DNA from: Macrostomum lignano
Lineage: Eukaryota
DNA: 64,000 bases
Assembly (NCBI GenBank): GCA_002269645.1
Contig: NIVC01002504.1
Coordinates: forward strand, 1 to 64,000
Direction of reading: 5' to 3'
Part shown: in pieces, positions 1 to 12,316 of the stretch
Numbering within the stretch: the stretch's first letter is position 1
Layout of the letters: every line of letters starts with the position of its first letter
Position numbers and translations under genes: made by a program
Notes under the pieces: model-generated
Told to the model about the DNA's origin: nothing
Database searches by the model: none
The model's input: only the letters and a program-made list of their open reading frames with translations

Positions 1-679
1 CTTTTGGATATTGTATAGTAAAGGCAGTCTGCCCAGCTCTGGGCGGGCTGGCTGGCCATTACTGTCAGTATTTTAAGCTAATCAGTAGAATTGCCTTGTT
101 AGTTGTGAATTTGGTCCTCTGGATTAGACTTCCGTCCCAGGTTCCAGGAAACGAATTGCCTCCTAAGGCCCAGAGGCGCGCGCTTTCAACCATGGCAGTG
201 CAAATGAGAATCAGTTCTACTAGCATCTGAAGACAGTTGGCACGAGACTATACACGGACGGTTGCAGGCAAAAAGACGGAGATGCGGCGCGGGAGACGGC
301 AGCGAGGCAGAAAGACGCTTATTTTGCAAAATACTGCTAGAATTGCTGCTCTTACCCAGTAGCTCTCTGTTCGGGTCTGCTCAACCGTTAATTGACGTTA
401 CTGCCATCATCTCACTTCAGCTAAAGCATTGAGATTTATCATCTATGATAAAGGAAATTGGGATGCCATTTTGAGCTGGATTTTTTTACCTAGCCTAGCA
501 ACGAATCGATTTCAATTGTTTTTTTATTTTCTCACACTAATTCTAAATAATTCACGGCGTTGCTAACAACAAGCTTGGGAATTGGCAACTGCTGTACATG
601 TACCGGATCAAGTCCCATTGAACATGTAGATAGTAGATTTACCCATATGCTCGTAGCTTTTCACCAATCTAACTACTAT

Positions 680-1040
680 GGGGCCGTAGCCCAGTGGTCT
701 GGCGCGGCGCTCGGATGTGCCAGCGGCCCAGGCTCGATTCCAAATGCAGCTATGTTAATTATATTTGGGGCTGAATTTGAATCTCGGCTTGGCTTTGCTC
801 GTACAATTAACGCCCTTGATGGCCAACCCCCAAGGCACAGTGAAGTGTACATGCCTAACGATAAATAAATTTTGGGCCGCTGTACACTCCTGTGTGAGTG
901 TGTGCCTGTGCGTCTGACTGTGTACGCATCCGCGCGCTTGTATGCCTGCTCAGGGGAGTCGGCGGAATAGGCAGTAATGCCTCTCACCGGATGTGTGACA
1001 ATGTCGCTTGAAGTGCGCCGGGGTGCACACAGCACCATAA
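680..1040 (+). mobile_element. tRNA-headed SINE-like element, copy 1 (intact 5' head)
   Basis: A-box-like TAGCCCAGTGG (687-697) and B-box-like GGCTCGATTCC (731-741), followed by a ~300 bp body that recurs with substitutions at 34396-34710. Confidence 0.7.
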
Positions 1041-1310
1041 AACCTCAGCAATTTGAATTTGAACAGAGTGATTTGAATCGATCAGAAAAGTGCAGATTCC
1101 CTGTATGTAAAAAAGTAAGTGTGAGAGAAAAATCGTCGGATTCAACCAAAAGATGTTCAGGGACGGTCCCAGCGCCTTCTCCAATATATTTAACACAAAA
1201 TCGAGCCAATACAAAATCGATATTTTGCCAGTCAAGTCAAAGAATGTCAACGCATCCGCTAGGAAACAAAAAGATGGCAATCGCTGAGCCGCATAAATCC
1301 GTTGACGTCG

Positions 1311-2333
1311 TCAGCCGGTGCGGTCGAAAACCAGACGTAAGTCGGCGCTGTCCAGCTTGTTGGCCGAGACGCCCACGGCCGCGACGACGCCGTCGAGAAA
1401 ATCTGTCGGACCACCGCTGCTGCCGCTCCAGCCGATGGCCATGCAGTAGCTGGTGTCGGCATTGAGGTAGCGCCCAGTAGGCAGAGTGTTATGCGGCACC
1501 ACGGTGTAGTCCACGAAGTATTTGTAATCGTAATCGCTTGGGTCGTCATGAATACTTGACCGGTTGATAGCCAATGCCAGCGTGAAGAACTGACTGTCAT
1601 CATCTGGCAGGGCGGACTCACCGGTGTAGGACGTGGCGTACGGACCCAGGTCGGAAAACAGAGCTCCGTTAGGCGACGAATTCGGGGCCAGGTAGTTCTT
1701 CTCGAGGATCTCCATGATCATCACCTTGAAAGTGGCGCAGTCAGTCAGCTCAAAAAAGATATTGTTTTTTGGTCTTCTTTTCAAGCGAATCCCAAACGAC
1801 AAAGTATGTGTAAGGTGGAGCAACGGTACCGGAGAGGACCACAGCCTAGAGTTGTTTGAACCGTACAGACGAGGTCCCTCGCTGGTCCAGGTGACTCCAG
1901 TTGACATTATGGTTGCATCGGTTCCGCCCGGCATGCAAGCCAGGCTTTCCATCCTTCCAGTGCCGGCGTCTCCAACCCAGATAAATAAGAACAGTCGGCT
2001 GGCCGAGATCGCGTCATACTTGGTGCCGAGGACCGTCCTGCAGCTGGTCGGGGTGGGTTGCTCATATTGACCGGCAGCCATAAGCTGCTGGCAGACTCGC
2101 TGGTAGTTGTACAGCCAGCAAGTGTTGTCGCGGTCGTTCCACTGGGCCACGGCAAGGCCGCCCATGTCGTTGGTGCGGCTGGTCGCCACGCAGTCGATGA
2201 ACGACGTGGCGGAGGAGTCGCTGCCGCGAGACTGGTCGAGGCAGTCGGTGTGGAGAATGTTGAGAGTTTTGGCGGTGGCGAGCGCCTGCAGCTGCACGAG
2301 CAGCAGAGTGGCAGTCAGTGCTCGAAGTGGCAT
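1311..2333 (-). CDS. Intronless secreted protein (340 aa): signal peptide, PAN/Apple-like Cys module, C-terminal concanavalin-A/LamG-like beta-sandwich
   Basis: GC-rich open frame. Probable start MPLRALTATLLLVQLQALATA (ATG at 2333) looks like a signal peptide. SFIDCVA...WNDRDNTCWLY resembles a PAN module. The C-terminus (LSFGIRLK...FFTLALAIN...YFVD...MAIGW...FLDGVVAAVGVSANKL) follows the LamG-like pattern. Domain calls are by eye. Confidence 0.7.
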   Translation of the reverse strand: MPLRALTATLLLVQLQALATAKTLNILHTDCLDQSRGSDSSATSFIDCVATSRTNDMGGLAVAQWNDRDNTCWLYNYQRVCQQLMAAGQYEQPTPTSCRTVLGTKYDAISASRLFLFIWVGDAGTGRMESLACMPGGTDATIMSTGVTWTSEGPRLYGSNNSRLWSSPVPLLHLTHTLSFGIRLKRRPKNNIFFELTDCATFKVMIMEILEKNYLAPNSSPNGALFSDLGPYATSYTGESALPDDDSQFFTLALAINRSSIHDDPSDYDYKYFVDYTVVPHNTLPTGRYLNADTSYCMAIGWSGSSGGPTDFLDGVVAAVGVSANKLDSADLRLVFDRTG

Positions 2334-3654
2334 GCCAGGTTTTGTGCAGGTGGTGTTTCGTCGTAAGTTGCTTTTGCTGCGTCGAAATTTGAGCACATAT
2401 TTATACAAGATTTAGCCTAGTGGGGCTCCCCCCAATCCAGCCACAATGAATTTTTACTCCATCATCCGTATCAAAAAATAATAATGATAGAAATCTGGGC
2501 TATAACTGTGACGAAGTCGGATCCTTGTGAATGCTTCTATTTTGCACAAAATAAAATCGATGCTTTCGCATCAATAATATGATGGAAGGAAAAAATTCAT
2601 TTTCAGCAGTCTGAGCGGAAGACTCAGAATTGGGAGCGTAGCCAGGATTTTTGCCTCGAAGCCGTGTCTTCGAGGGCGGCAGCAGGGGTGCGCCGACCGA
2701 ATTTTTAGTACCGTTTTTCGAGGGAGCGCATGGACAGACAGGCTGGCTTTGTAAATGACGAGTAATCTAAAGTTTTATTGTACTATTTGTTTTGGTTTCA
2801 AGTTTCGGGGAGCCGTGTAAGGCCCTCCCCTTTTGCTAGCCACTCTACATGTAATAAAACTTCGTAGTCATTTTTATACTTTTCCTACTGCTGCTTAACT
2901 TTGTTGTGTTTTGTACTGAGCACCGGTAATTTGTTAGTATAAACTGCTATATATTTAGCTATACTTAGCTAATTTGAAATCGCCTAAGACTCGGTTCCAT
3001 CAGAAATCCGCTAGACAAATACTAACAGCGACCGATACCGAAGGCCAAGGAGGGTCTTACAGGCGGCGACATCGGATTGTGGGAACAGGGGCACAGGGCA
3101 ACACTAGGTCCCTTACATACATTCTATTGATGACATCAGCTAATTGTCGCCAAAGCCCAAATGTAACATTTACTTAAAATTGTTTTTGCATTTTGAGCTT
3201 GTAAGTTTTTGTGTTGCGAAAAAATCGATGGGTATCAAATTTTTAGCTTACATTATATTATGAACAGTTCCGGCTCAAATCGTCATAGGCGGGTTACGAG
3301 AAACACAATTGAATATCTAAATCGTCATCGTCTTGATCTAATGCTGAATTCACTAACTCGTCATATTGTACTGTTGCATTGGCTGCGCAAGGATATCTCT
3401 TAGGTCACTGAATTTTGAGCACTAATATGTAAATGCTTACAGCCTAATTTACATGTAACTTTGTTTAAGTTGCACATAAATGTACACGTAGCAAATTCTG
3501 AAGGTTGCTTGGAGAAGGAATTTCCAGCAATAGTGTGTAATGGAATGTGCAAAGTACTGTATCAAAGCCTATTATATTTCTTATTTTTTCGTATTTCTTA
3601 TTCTTACGAAAGAATACATAGGAAGAAATTCTTATATTCATATTTCTTCGTTCG

Positions 3655-4190
3655 ATCCGGGCCGTCGTCCAGTCCGAAGCGCTGCCCGACCGCCAGAGGG
3701 CTCGGCTGTGGCAGGCGGTGGTCGAAACCGTCCTGCTCTACAACGCCGAGACGTGGACGCTGACGGCTACGCTGGATCGTGGCAGCTTGACTCGGCGCAC
3801 TCAGGGTTGCTCCGTGCGGCCTTTCAAGCTGACGAGAGCGTCGGGACCGAGGCCCTGCACGATCGGGCCAAGCTGCAGCGCCCGTCCATCATCCTGCGCC
3901 GGCGGCGACTTCAACTGGCGGGCCACGTGATCCGGGCCGAGAGCTACTGCCGCCAACCTGTTCAGGACGTTCTGCTGCTCACCTTGCAGGGTCCGCTCAG
4001 GCGGGGTCAGGCCCAAACCCGTCGATACGTGGACTGCCTGCTGTGCAACGCTGGGGCGCCCGACACTGCCAACGGGGCGGACTTCGTCCGCTCTCAGGCT
4101 CTGGGGCGCGCCATCTGACGCGCCCTGCTCTAACTGTGGCCTTTGCTTACAGGGCTGCGTACTTTGTTGTTGTTTTGTTGTTAAGATAAA
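3655..4190 (+). mobile_element. 3' fragment of an RTE-like non-LTR retrotransposon (post-RT region, frameshifted)
   Basis: RQRARLWQAVVETVLLYNAETWTLT and RRRRLQLAGHVIR match the C-terminal motifs of RTE-type LINE ORF2. A frameshift separates them, and the element ends in a (TGT)n-like tail at about 4165-4185. Confidence 0.7.
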
Positions 4191-5069
4191 AAATAATAAC
4201 CGTCTTTTGAAGTTAAAGTTTTCAGTTTTATCGGAGCCGAGACTCCCTCAAGTGATTTCTATCGATTTACATGTACGCCACGAAGTTTCGACTGCACGGA
4301 CTCTGAAAGTTTTTCTCGCAAATCGACTTGATCAATTTAAACAATGTTCTGAATGAAATCAGCACGTACCACATATGTAATTCACACATATACGAGAGCT
4401 GCAATGCATCCTGTATAGGAGGAAAAGACTGTCGGCAAATCGTATCCCGCAGGATCAAGCTTTTGTCAAGCAAGATCCACTTAAGTACTGTATAGTTACG
4501 TCTTACTTGAGTAGTCAATTGGCTTTCGTCTGACCGGGCCCTGGACACCGAAAAGTGTTTTTTCTTCAAAAATGCAGATTCATATTTCCAGATTTGCTTT
4601 GCTAAACACTTTACGTATAGAGCACATGTTTTAGCACTATAATTAAAACATACTTCCGGTTTTCTTTAAATGTCTGGTGTTTTGCGGTAATAGTGTGCCA
4701 TCTCATCCTCAGTATGTAAGGGTGTCTTTATGTGCATGTATTCAACTTATACTGTATCCCTGCAACACTGTAACAAAAGCATACTAATTTTGAAAATCCT
4801 AGATGTTGTGTAGCTCAAATGTGAATGTACATTGGCTATGTACATTCGTCTTATTCTCATCCAATATAGTATTTCTTTTTTTTCTAGTGTACATCTTTTT
4901 AGTGTACATCTGACTAACAAATATATATTCATCGACACTTGCCAATTTCGGGGCACTAAGCTTTTCGTAGCCTACCATCTAAACAACCTACGTATAATAA
5001 CATAGCGTCGCAAGACTAAACTTTACACTGCAATTATTTATGAATTGAGGCCGTCTGAGCCAATGGTTT

Positions 5070-8000
5070 TTGACACTACATGTAATAGGGCAGACAACTA
5101 GAGAAGGTGGAGCACTGCATTTGATTTTTTACATGAAAGCTACTAGGAGGACCAGCAAAAATGACGAAGTAAAAATTGCTACGCGCCTGACAGCCCTAGG
5201 ACCAGATGGGAAAGATGTCTACGGCACGTTTCCTACTGCAGAAGTGAAAAAGTACGAGGATTTGAGCAAGACATTTGATGACTACTGTCAGCCTCTATCC
5301 AGCGAGACATTTGAACGCTATCAGCTGCGCACCATAATTCAAGGAGAAGCGGAGGACTTCGACCAGTTCGTGGGTTCTCTACGCCAGCTCGTGAAGCGCT
5401 GCAACTACAGTGAACCAGACAACAACGAAACCATCGAGAACAGCATCCTCCGAGATCATGTCGTCATCGGCGTCAGCGACCCAGCTCTGCGTGAAAGATT
5501 TCTACGGGGATCAAAGCTGACTCTGGACCGTGCAATTCAGATGGGACGAGCATCAGAGACGTCCAAGAGACAGGCGCGGGCCCTTGTCTCAACACATACT
5601 AGCCGAGCGGCACCTGCGCCAGTACCTGTGACCGTCGACGCCCTGCAAGGCCGGGCCAAGGCACCAGCAGACCCAGCCAAGATACCTCGCAACTGCGGCC
5701 TCGGCGGGCAGCAGCATGAGCGGCGCAAGTGCTCGGTATTCGGCAAAACTTGCAACGCCTGCGGTCGTGCAAACCACTTCTCATCTGTGTGCCGGTCCAC
5801 CAAAAAGGTCAACGAGCTGGTTGAGGATGACGAGAACAACGCTTCTGACCAAGGCCCAGCAGCAGCCGTCGTGAGCGTAGAGAAGCCCGGAACTCGGCGA
5901 GTCAAGGTGCAATCCGACAACTTGGCGATGATGGTGAGCTTGACAGTTATGGACTCCGGCAAGAAGCTGCAGTTCAAAGTGGACACTGGAGCATACGTCA
6001 ACGTGATACCTCTGAGACAGCTGATTCAATTGGAGCCAACATTGAGCAGTCAGCATTGAGCCAACATCCTGGACGCTCACCACTTACAACAAGCAGCTGC
6101 TGGTCACATACCTGACGGTGTCATCACCCTGCAAGAAGGACATCAGGCTGCAGTACATGTACGTGGTCATCGGCGAGAACTCCACACCGATCATTGCCTG
6201 GAAGTCAGCCATCGAGGAGTTGCAGCTCATCAAGAAACAGTTTTCCGTGCAGCAGAGTCAGAGCTCCTTTAGCAAGGTGAAGACGCAGCGTCCTTCAGAC
6301 CTCAAGGCTGCCCAGCTGAGGGCTAGCTACCTGAGGCGTTAAACGGCGTTGGCTGTACGAAGCAACCGTATACTATTCAGCTTGCCGACAACGCAGTGCC
6401 AAAAGTACAGCCACCTCGTAAGTTTCGTTTACCGCAAATCAACCTCTGAAGTGTGAGTTGGAGCGGCTAGAGAAGGAGGGAACCATCGTCCGGGTCGATG
6501 AGCCAACGCAGTGGGTCTCAAACGTCGCCATCGTGTGGAAGAAAGACGCGCCAATGCGGCTGTGCCTTGATCCGACCTACCTTAACAAGTTCATCGTCTG
6601 CGAGTATCATCCGATTCTGACTGCAAAAGAAGTCCAGGCAGCCACAACCGGAGCCGTGTTGTGCTGCTTCATCGACGCCAACGAGAGATTCCACCAACTC
6701 AAGCTGGATGATGAGAGCTCCTTCATGACCACCTTTCACACAATATTTGGCCGGTACCGCTGGAAGAGCGTTTCCTACGGTCTCTCGTCGATCCCAGAGG
6801 TCTTTCAAAAGCAATGGAACAGGACGTCACCAACGATGTTAAAAACTCCAAGAACTTCTTCAACGACATCATCGTGTTGGGCTGGACACCTGAGGAGCAC
6901 GACCAAGCTGGTCGAGAGCTGATGGAACAGTGCCAAAAAGCTAACGTGACCTTGAAACCCTCGAAGATGAAAGTCGGTGTCCAAGAGCTCAACTACCTCG
7001 GTGATGTTCTCAGCTCGGATGGACTGTGAGCGGATCCAATGAAAGTCAAAGCCATCAAAAATGGCCAGGGCGGATGATCTAGCAGGCACTACCGCGAAGA
7101 AGGAGCAGCGGCGGCGATTTTTTGGCTGTGTCACTTATTTGGCCGAGTTCTACCCTCATCTGTCGGCTACTGCGGAACCACTGCGTCATTTGCAAACGAA
7201 GGATGTCATCTGGAGCTGGACGCATCAGCTAAACGAGGTCTATGACGCCATAATCACATAGCTCTGTTCAAGCCGAGTCCTGGCTACGTTTGACGCTACA
7301 AAGTCGGTCACCGTATCTGTGGACGCCAGCAAGAGCGGCATCGGCGCTGTTCTCCTCAAAGAAGAACTCCCTGTGGAATTTGCATCTTCGGCTATGACAA
7401 GAGCTCAGCAAGCCTACGCGCAGATGGAAAAATAGCTGTTGGCAATTGTGTACGGCTGCAAAAAGTTCCATCACTACATCTGGGCCGCACTGTCTATGTT
7501 CAGAGGCTCAGAGCGACTACAAACCACTAGAAGCAATTTTTAAGAAACAGCTTTGTGACACCACTCCACGGATCTAACTTCTGCTTCTGCAGCTCCAGCC
7601 CTACGACAGACCTATCAAGTACACGCCTGGAAACAAGCTGAACGTTGCCGATACGCTGAGCTGAGCTCACGGCCAGACGGACAGCTTGACGAATCTTCTG
7701 GAAGAAGCGCTGGATGGCTAGCGAGATCCTAGATATGATGAAGACCGCCACGGCCTCAGATCAGACGAGTCAGCGCCTGTGCGATGTTATCGCAGCCGGT
7801 TGGCCAGATCATCGTTCCAGACTGACGGATGACCTGATGGTATTCTCGGATCTCCGGTACGATCTGACGTACGAACGTACGAAAGACCGCATCTACATGC
7901 CCGAGGGCAGCACCAGGAATTCTATCCTCCGCAACCTGCACGCGGGGCACCCTGGCATTGTGAAGATGGACCTGAAGGTCAAGGATTACTTCTACTGGCC

Positions 8001-8640
8001 TGGCAGTGCGAGATCGAACAGTCAGCCAGTGCGAGGCCTGCCAGAGGAACATGAAGGCGCAATCAAAGGAGGCTCTGTTGTCCGTGGAGATGCCCAACTT
8101 CCCCTTCCAAATCTGCTCGACTGATCTAGTTGAGTACAGCGGTGCCGATCCTACCTGGTGTACGTTGATGAATATAGCCGCTGGCTGAGCGTCACTCGAC
8201 TGCGGTCAACAACCAGCCTGGCCGTGGTGCAAGTACTGCAGGACCACTTCCAGAACTTCGGTGTGCCTGAGAAGCTCATCAGCGACGGTGGCCCGCAGTT
8301 CCCGGCTGGAGAGTTCAACCAACCACGATGAAGAGGTTCAAGATCGAGTACAGGACATCAAGCCCAACATATCCGCAGTAAAACGGCAGAGCAAAGCGGT
8401 ACGTGCAAACTGCGAAGAATCTGATGAAGAAGTGCAAGGAGACTGGTCAAAGTCTGGAGATGGCACTTCTGCAGTACCGGAACACTCCTGTCGGCAGCGG
8501 CTTCCCAAGTCGGGCTGAAATGGTCTTCGGCCGAAGCTTCGATGTGACCTGCCGAGAAAACTTGTCCGCGACAGCATCGAAACATTTCAGAAAAAGCGGA
8601 TCCGAGCAGCGCAACTGTACAACCGCGGTGCACGTCCGCT
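5070..8640 (+). mobile_element. Decayed Ty3/Gypsy LTR retrotransposon gag-pol (gag zinc knuckle, protease, RT, RNase H, integrase)
   Basis: Domains appear in Gypsy order: CNACGRANHFSSVC knuckle, FKVDTGAYVNVIP protease, RT (LCLDPTYLNK; FHTIFGRYRW; FFNDIIVLG), RNase H (VSVDASKSGIGAVL), integrase (LHAGHPGIVKM..CEAC; STDLVEY; ISDGGPQF). There are many frameshifts and stops. RT YxDD reads FNDI and the integrase catalytic Glu reads Lys (NGRAKRY). Paired LTRs were not identified. Confidence 0.92.
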
Positions 8641-9189
8641 GCAGCGTCTTGATGAGGACGCACTTTTTTCCAAATCCCGCGCTAGCACATGCGCTCTAAA
8701 CTTACTAGCCTACTAACAGTGGGCAATGGGCATTTTTATCCTTTTTCAGCGAATTGTCATAGAATCTATACTAGATACAATGTTTGGTCATACTAGTAGT
8801 CATAATAACATAGGCGCAGCTTTTTGGGTCAAATCATCGCTTTCGAAGCTGGTCTGACAGACCCCTGCGCCTCACTCAGTGTTGAGGCGGGCGCCAGATG
8901 GTCTGAGAGGATGCGGGTGGTAGCTTTTTTCTCATCATTTTGACAGGCCATCAAGATTTATGAAGTCAGAGCCTATTTTTCGGGTTCACTCAAGCGCGTG
9001 ACAGCTTTGACAGCTATGTGTTTTACCCCTAAAAGTACTTTGGGATTAGCGATTAGCAATTTCTCTTCATTATCTTCACTTTCTATTTAATAAGAGCTTT
9101 CTAATGTATATTTTTTCATTAATTTCTGTCAATCCTACGCGAAAAGTCATAAATCATTTTGTTGCGATTTTGATTGATTTATGGCCGCA

Positions 9190-10860
9190 CCTGTCATCTT
9201 CTTACGACCCTGTGGGAACTGATAGGATCTCCCGGTCACGTGATTCTGGGTAGCAACAAGCTTAGCCAATCAGAAAATTCGGCGCTCATTTCAACAAAAC
9301 GGCTCAGCCAATCAGAATCGACGTGTCCCATTATAACAAACTACGGTCCAGTTGGCGGCTATTTAAACCGGTGTTTTTGGCCCGCTCGGACTGCATTCCG
9401 GGTGCTACCCCTGCAAACCTTCTTGCGACCGGGTGCTACCCTTGGCTCCACCGGCCAGGAATTGACCGTCATTTCTTGATCCCCGGATTGCGACTCCCCC
9501 CCCCATCATCATCAAGGACGAATCCCCCCGGTCATCAGCAGTGAATATCAAAGTGAAGAGCATCACCTGCTAGCTATCAGCGAAGATTGTGACATCAGCA
9601 TCATCCCGAGCCTACAGCTGCGAAGCATCAAGCCGATTCTGTCACTGTGGATCACCTGGTCTCCGGCTGTTGAGTTTCTGATTGGTTGGGTGAGAGGCTA
9701 CCTAGACTTGCTTGATTGGGTGATTCCCTATCTGTCCCCTGTTTCAGTAGCTGAATTAGGCGCACACTTTTGCTCTTTTTGTTCAGTAGTGCTGTTGCTG
9801 AGGCAGAAGTCATTCAATAATACTGCTAGTAGTCTAAAACTCTAATTCAATCTGAAGTGCGAAGTGATCTAAGGAGAAGGTTAAGTCTAACAGTTATTTT
9901 TATCGGTTTTATTTCTTTGTTCGCCGATGGCTCAGATGAGTAGCCAAACTAGTAGGCACCGGTCGCAGTGGACCAATGGCAAGGCAGTTCTCAGTCGATC
10001 AAACTATCAAATCAGTGAGCAAAACTGCTAGAAGTGCAGAATCGGCGCCAGAGATGTACTCTGTGCACTCTAAGGTTAGCTAAGCGGCTCGGGTGATGAA
10101 TCATGCGGTCTCTGAAGTTCGAGTTAGCCTATCATCAGCGCTAGGAGAGGCTGGTTGGCTCGTTGAAGGCTAAAAGTACATATCTTCGTATTTAGCAATG
10201 TAATAGTACATGTAGCTACCCCATAGACTCGCCACCGCAAGAATCCCCTGCACAACTCCCCTCTGTACCTGCATGGCCAATGCGATCTAGTCCCAGCAGT
10301 GTCCCTTATCATCGGCTATGACTTCGAGATTGACAGCAAAAAGACACTAGTTGGCAGGTAAGTGCGAAGCCCCTTCTAGTCGGAAGCCCGATTTCGAGAG
10401 TCCCGGTGTGGTGAGCCAGGACGCACGGGCTGGTGGCAGCGAGTTAGCTTAGTCTGCGGAATTAGCTAATTTCTACCTTCAAAATTCTCCCTGCTTGTCT
10501 CTCGCTGTCCCTCTCTTAGCTGTAGGACCTAGACTGCTCGCCACACGATCAAGCTACCATGGGGCTGACCATCTGACAGGAGTGGGGGGCCAGGACTCTA
10601 ATTGATTTATTTCTGAGACCTGAGGCCCGAAGGCTTCCCCACAAGGGGGCCGAAAGGTCGAAACCCATCAGTCTGATGGTGGGCGAGCCAGTCTGGCTTC
10701 AGCCGTGGCCGCCGCGGGACTGGGTGGTTGCTGCATGAGATCGACAGTGAAGTATGCGACTCTTCGAGATCGTACTGGGTCCGTAAGGAGACCGGTTAGC
10801 TGATGAGGCGTATTCAGCGCTACTTCGCAGGTAGGGCGATTCCTTCTTTGAAAGTGACAT
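9190..10860. other. Unassigned LTR-like/promoter-like non-coding segment
   Basis: Two AGCCAATCAG boxes (about 9264 and 9307), a TATTTAAA motif (about 9360), a short direct repeat CCGGGTGCTACCC, possible TGTCA...TGACA ends and several hairpins. No target-site duplication was found. Confidence 0.25.
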
Positions 10861-12316
10861 GGCAGACATACACGTATTATTTATTAGCTAACCTGCAGTA
10901 CATGTAAAGTTGAAGTTCGAGTTCATAGCTCGTACTACAGAAATCCTGTAGATTGTGAGGTAAAGAAACTGGAAATGACATCTTGTACACTACTACTGTA
11001 CGTGGCTAGTGCCTCGATTTAATCGAGATTAGGAAAAATACTTCGGACTAAAAGCCTACATGCATGTATAAATTCCCAGAGCACTTTTACTGTACAGAAT
11101 CGATCGGTTCATTCAGACATGAATAAAAACAAAATCGGCAAAGACTTTAGCAGGGTATATTTTTTTATAATCTTCAATCTTCAATCTGAGATATAAGTTG
11201 ACATTTAGCCAGGATCCTTAACTGGAAGCTCTTAAATGCTGCTTCTTCCTAGTATGCCTAACAAGATAATAAAATTCGACACTTCTGAGAATCGATATTT
11301 TGGTTTCTCAAAGTTAAATTAATTATTTAGATTCCAATCTCTCTGTCGTCCCCTGTTTCTTCGTTTTTTATCTCATTGCCTTCTTTTCACTCCCTTCGTC
11401 TTTTGTCTGCTTTTTCCTCCCTTTTTTGCTTTCCTTTTGCACCTACATGAATCTCATATTCTTTAGCCCATATTCAAAGCAACTGTGCGTTCTTGCAATT
11501 CGTCAATTTCATTCTCCCTTTTCAGTAATGTTATTATTATCGACTCTTGACTACAAATGATCAAAATGATTATACTCGCCACCCCACAGCTTACTCGTCA
11601 CCGTTTAACTGGCACTTTAGTCTTCTACTCAATTACTAAGTAATTGACAATGGACCGGCGCTTTACTTCCTTGTCTTAAACTATTTCAAATCCGACAAAT
11701 TTCGCCCTTGCATTATAAACAATAATACGAATTCAGAATTTTGTTATACAAACCTAAGCCCCAGTTCTGTTTGTTAATATTTAATTTAATACTCGTAAAA
11801 ATCATATACTTACTATTATTTTTCGCGTATATTTAAAATTTAAATGTTAGCTCAATTTTAAAACAATTTCACATTAATAAATTTTCTATGGCGCCGCCGT
11901 TGCCACCCGTGCAACACCTTCGGCAGTATACTTTTCTGGGAGGCGTACTACTACGATGTCTAGTGCAACCAAACATGACATAACAAACTCACAAACTCGC
12001 CTAACTGTTTAACTTTGTTAGAATTTCGTTTAAAATTTGTTAAATTCGAAAAATAGAGGATTGCCAATATTTCTAATATAACTTTATTTACTCAGGCCAT
12101 AGGGCCTAGGTCTAGCTGGACGTTTGGCTTTAAAGTGATGGATTGTAGGCCTAATCAAATAGGCCCTACATGTATAAATTGATTATATATATATACTATA
12201 GTGTATAACACTAGGCCTAGTTTAGTTAGACTAGGCCTAGGCTAGTATTTATTTTAGATAGTATATAAATAATGATATTACATTTTACATAATACTAGGC
12301 AAATAATACTAGCTAT

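Noticed and set aside
680-760. tRNA gene
   Set aside because: A and B boxes are present, but there is no complete cloverleaf or terminator, and the sequence continues into a dispersed repeat body, so it is a SINE head.
9192-10859. 3' LTR of the Gypsy element or a solo LTR (TGTCA...TGACA)
   Set aside because: There is no matching copy upstream of gag and the flanks do not form a TSD; it is kept only as a low-confidence unassigned segment.
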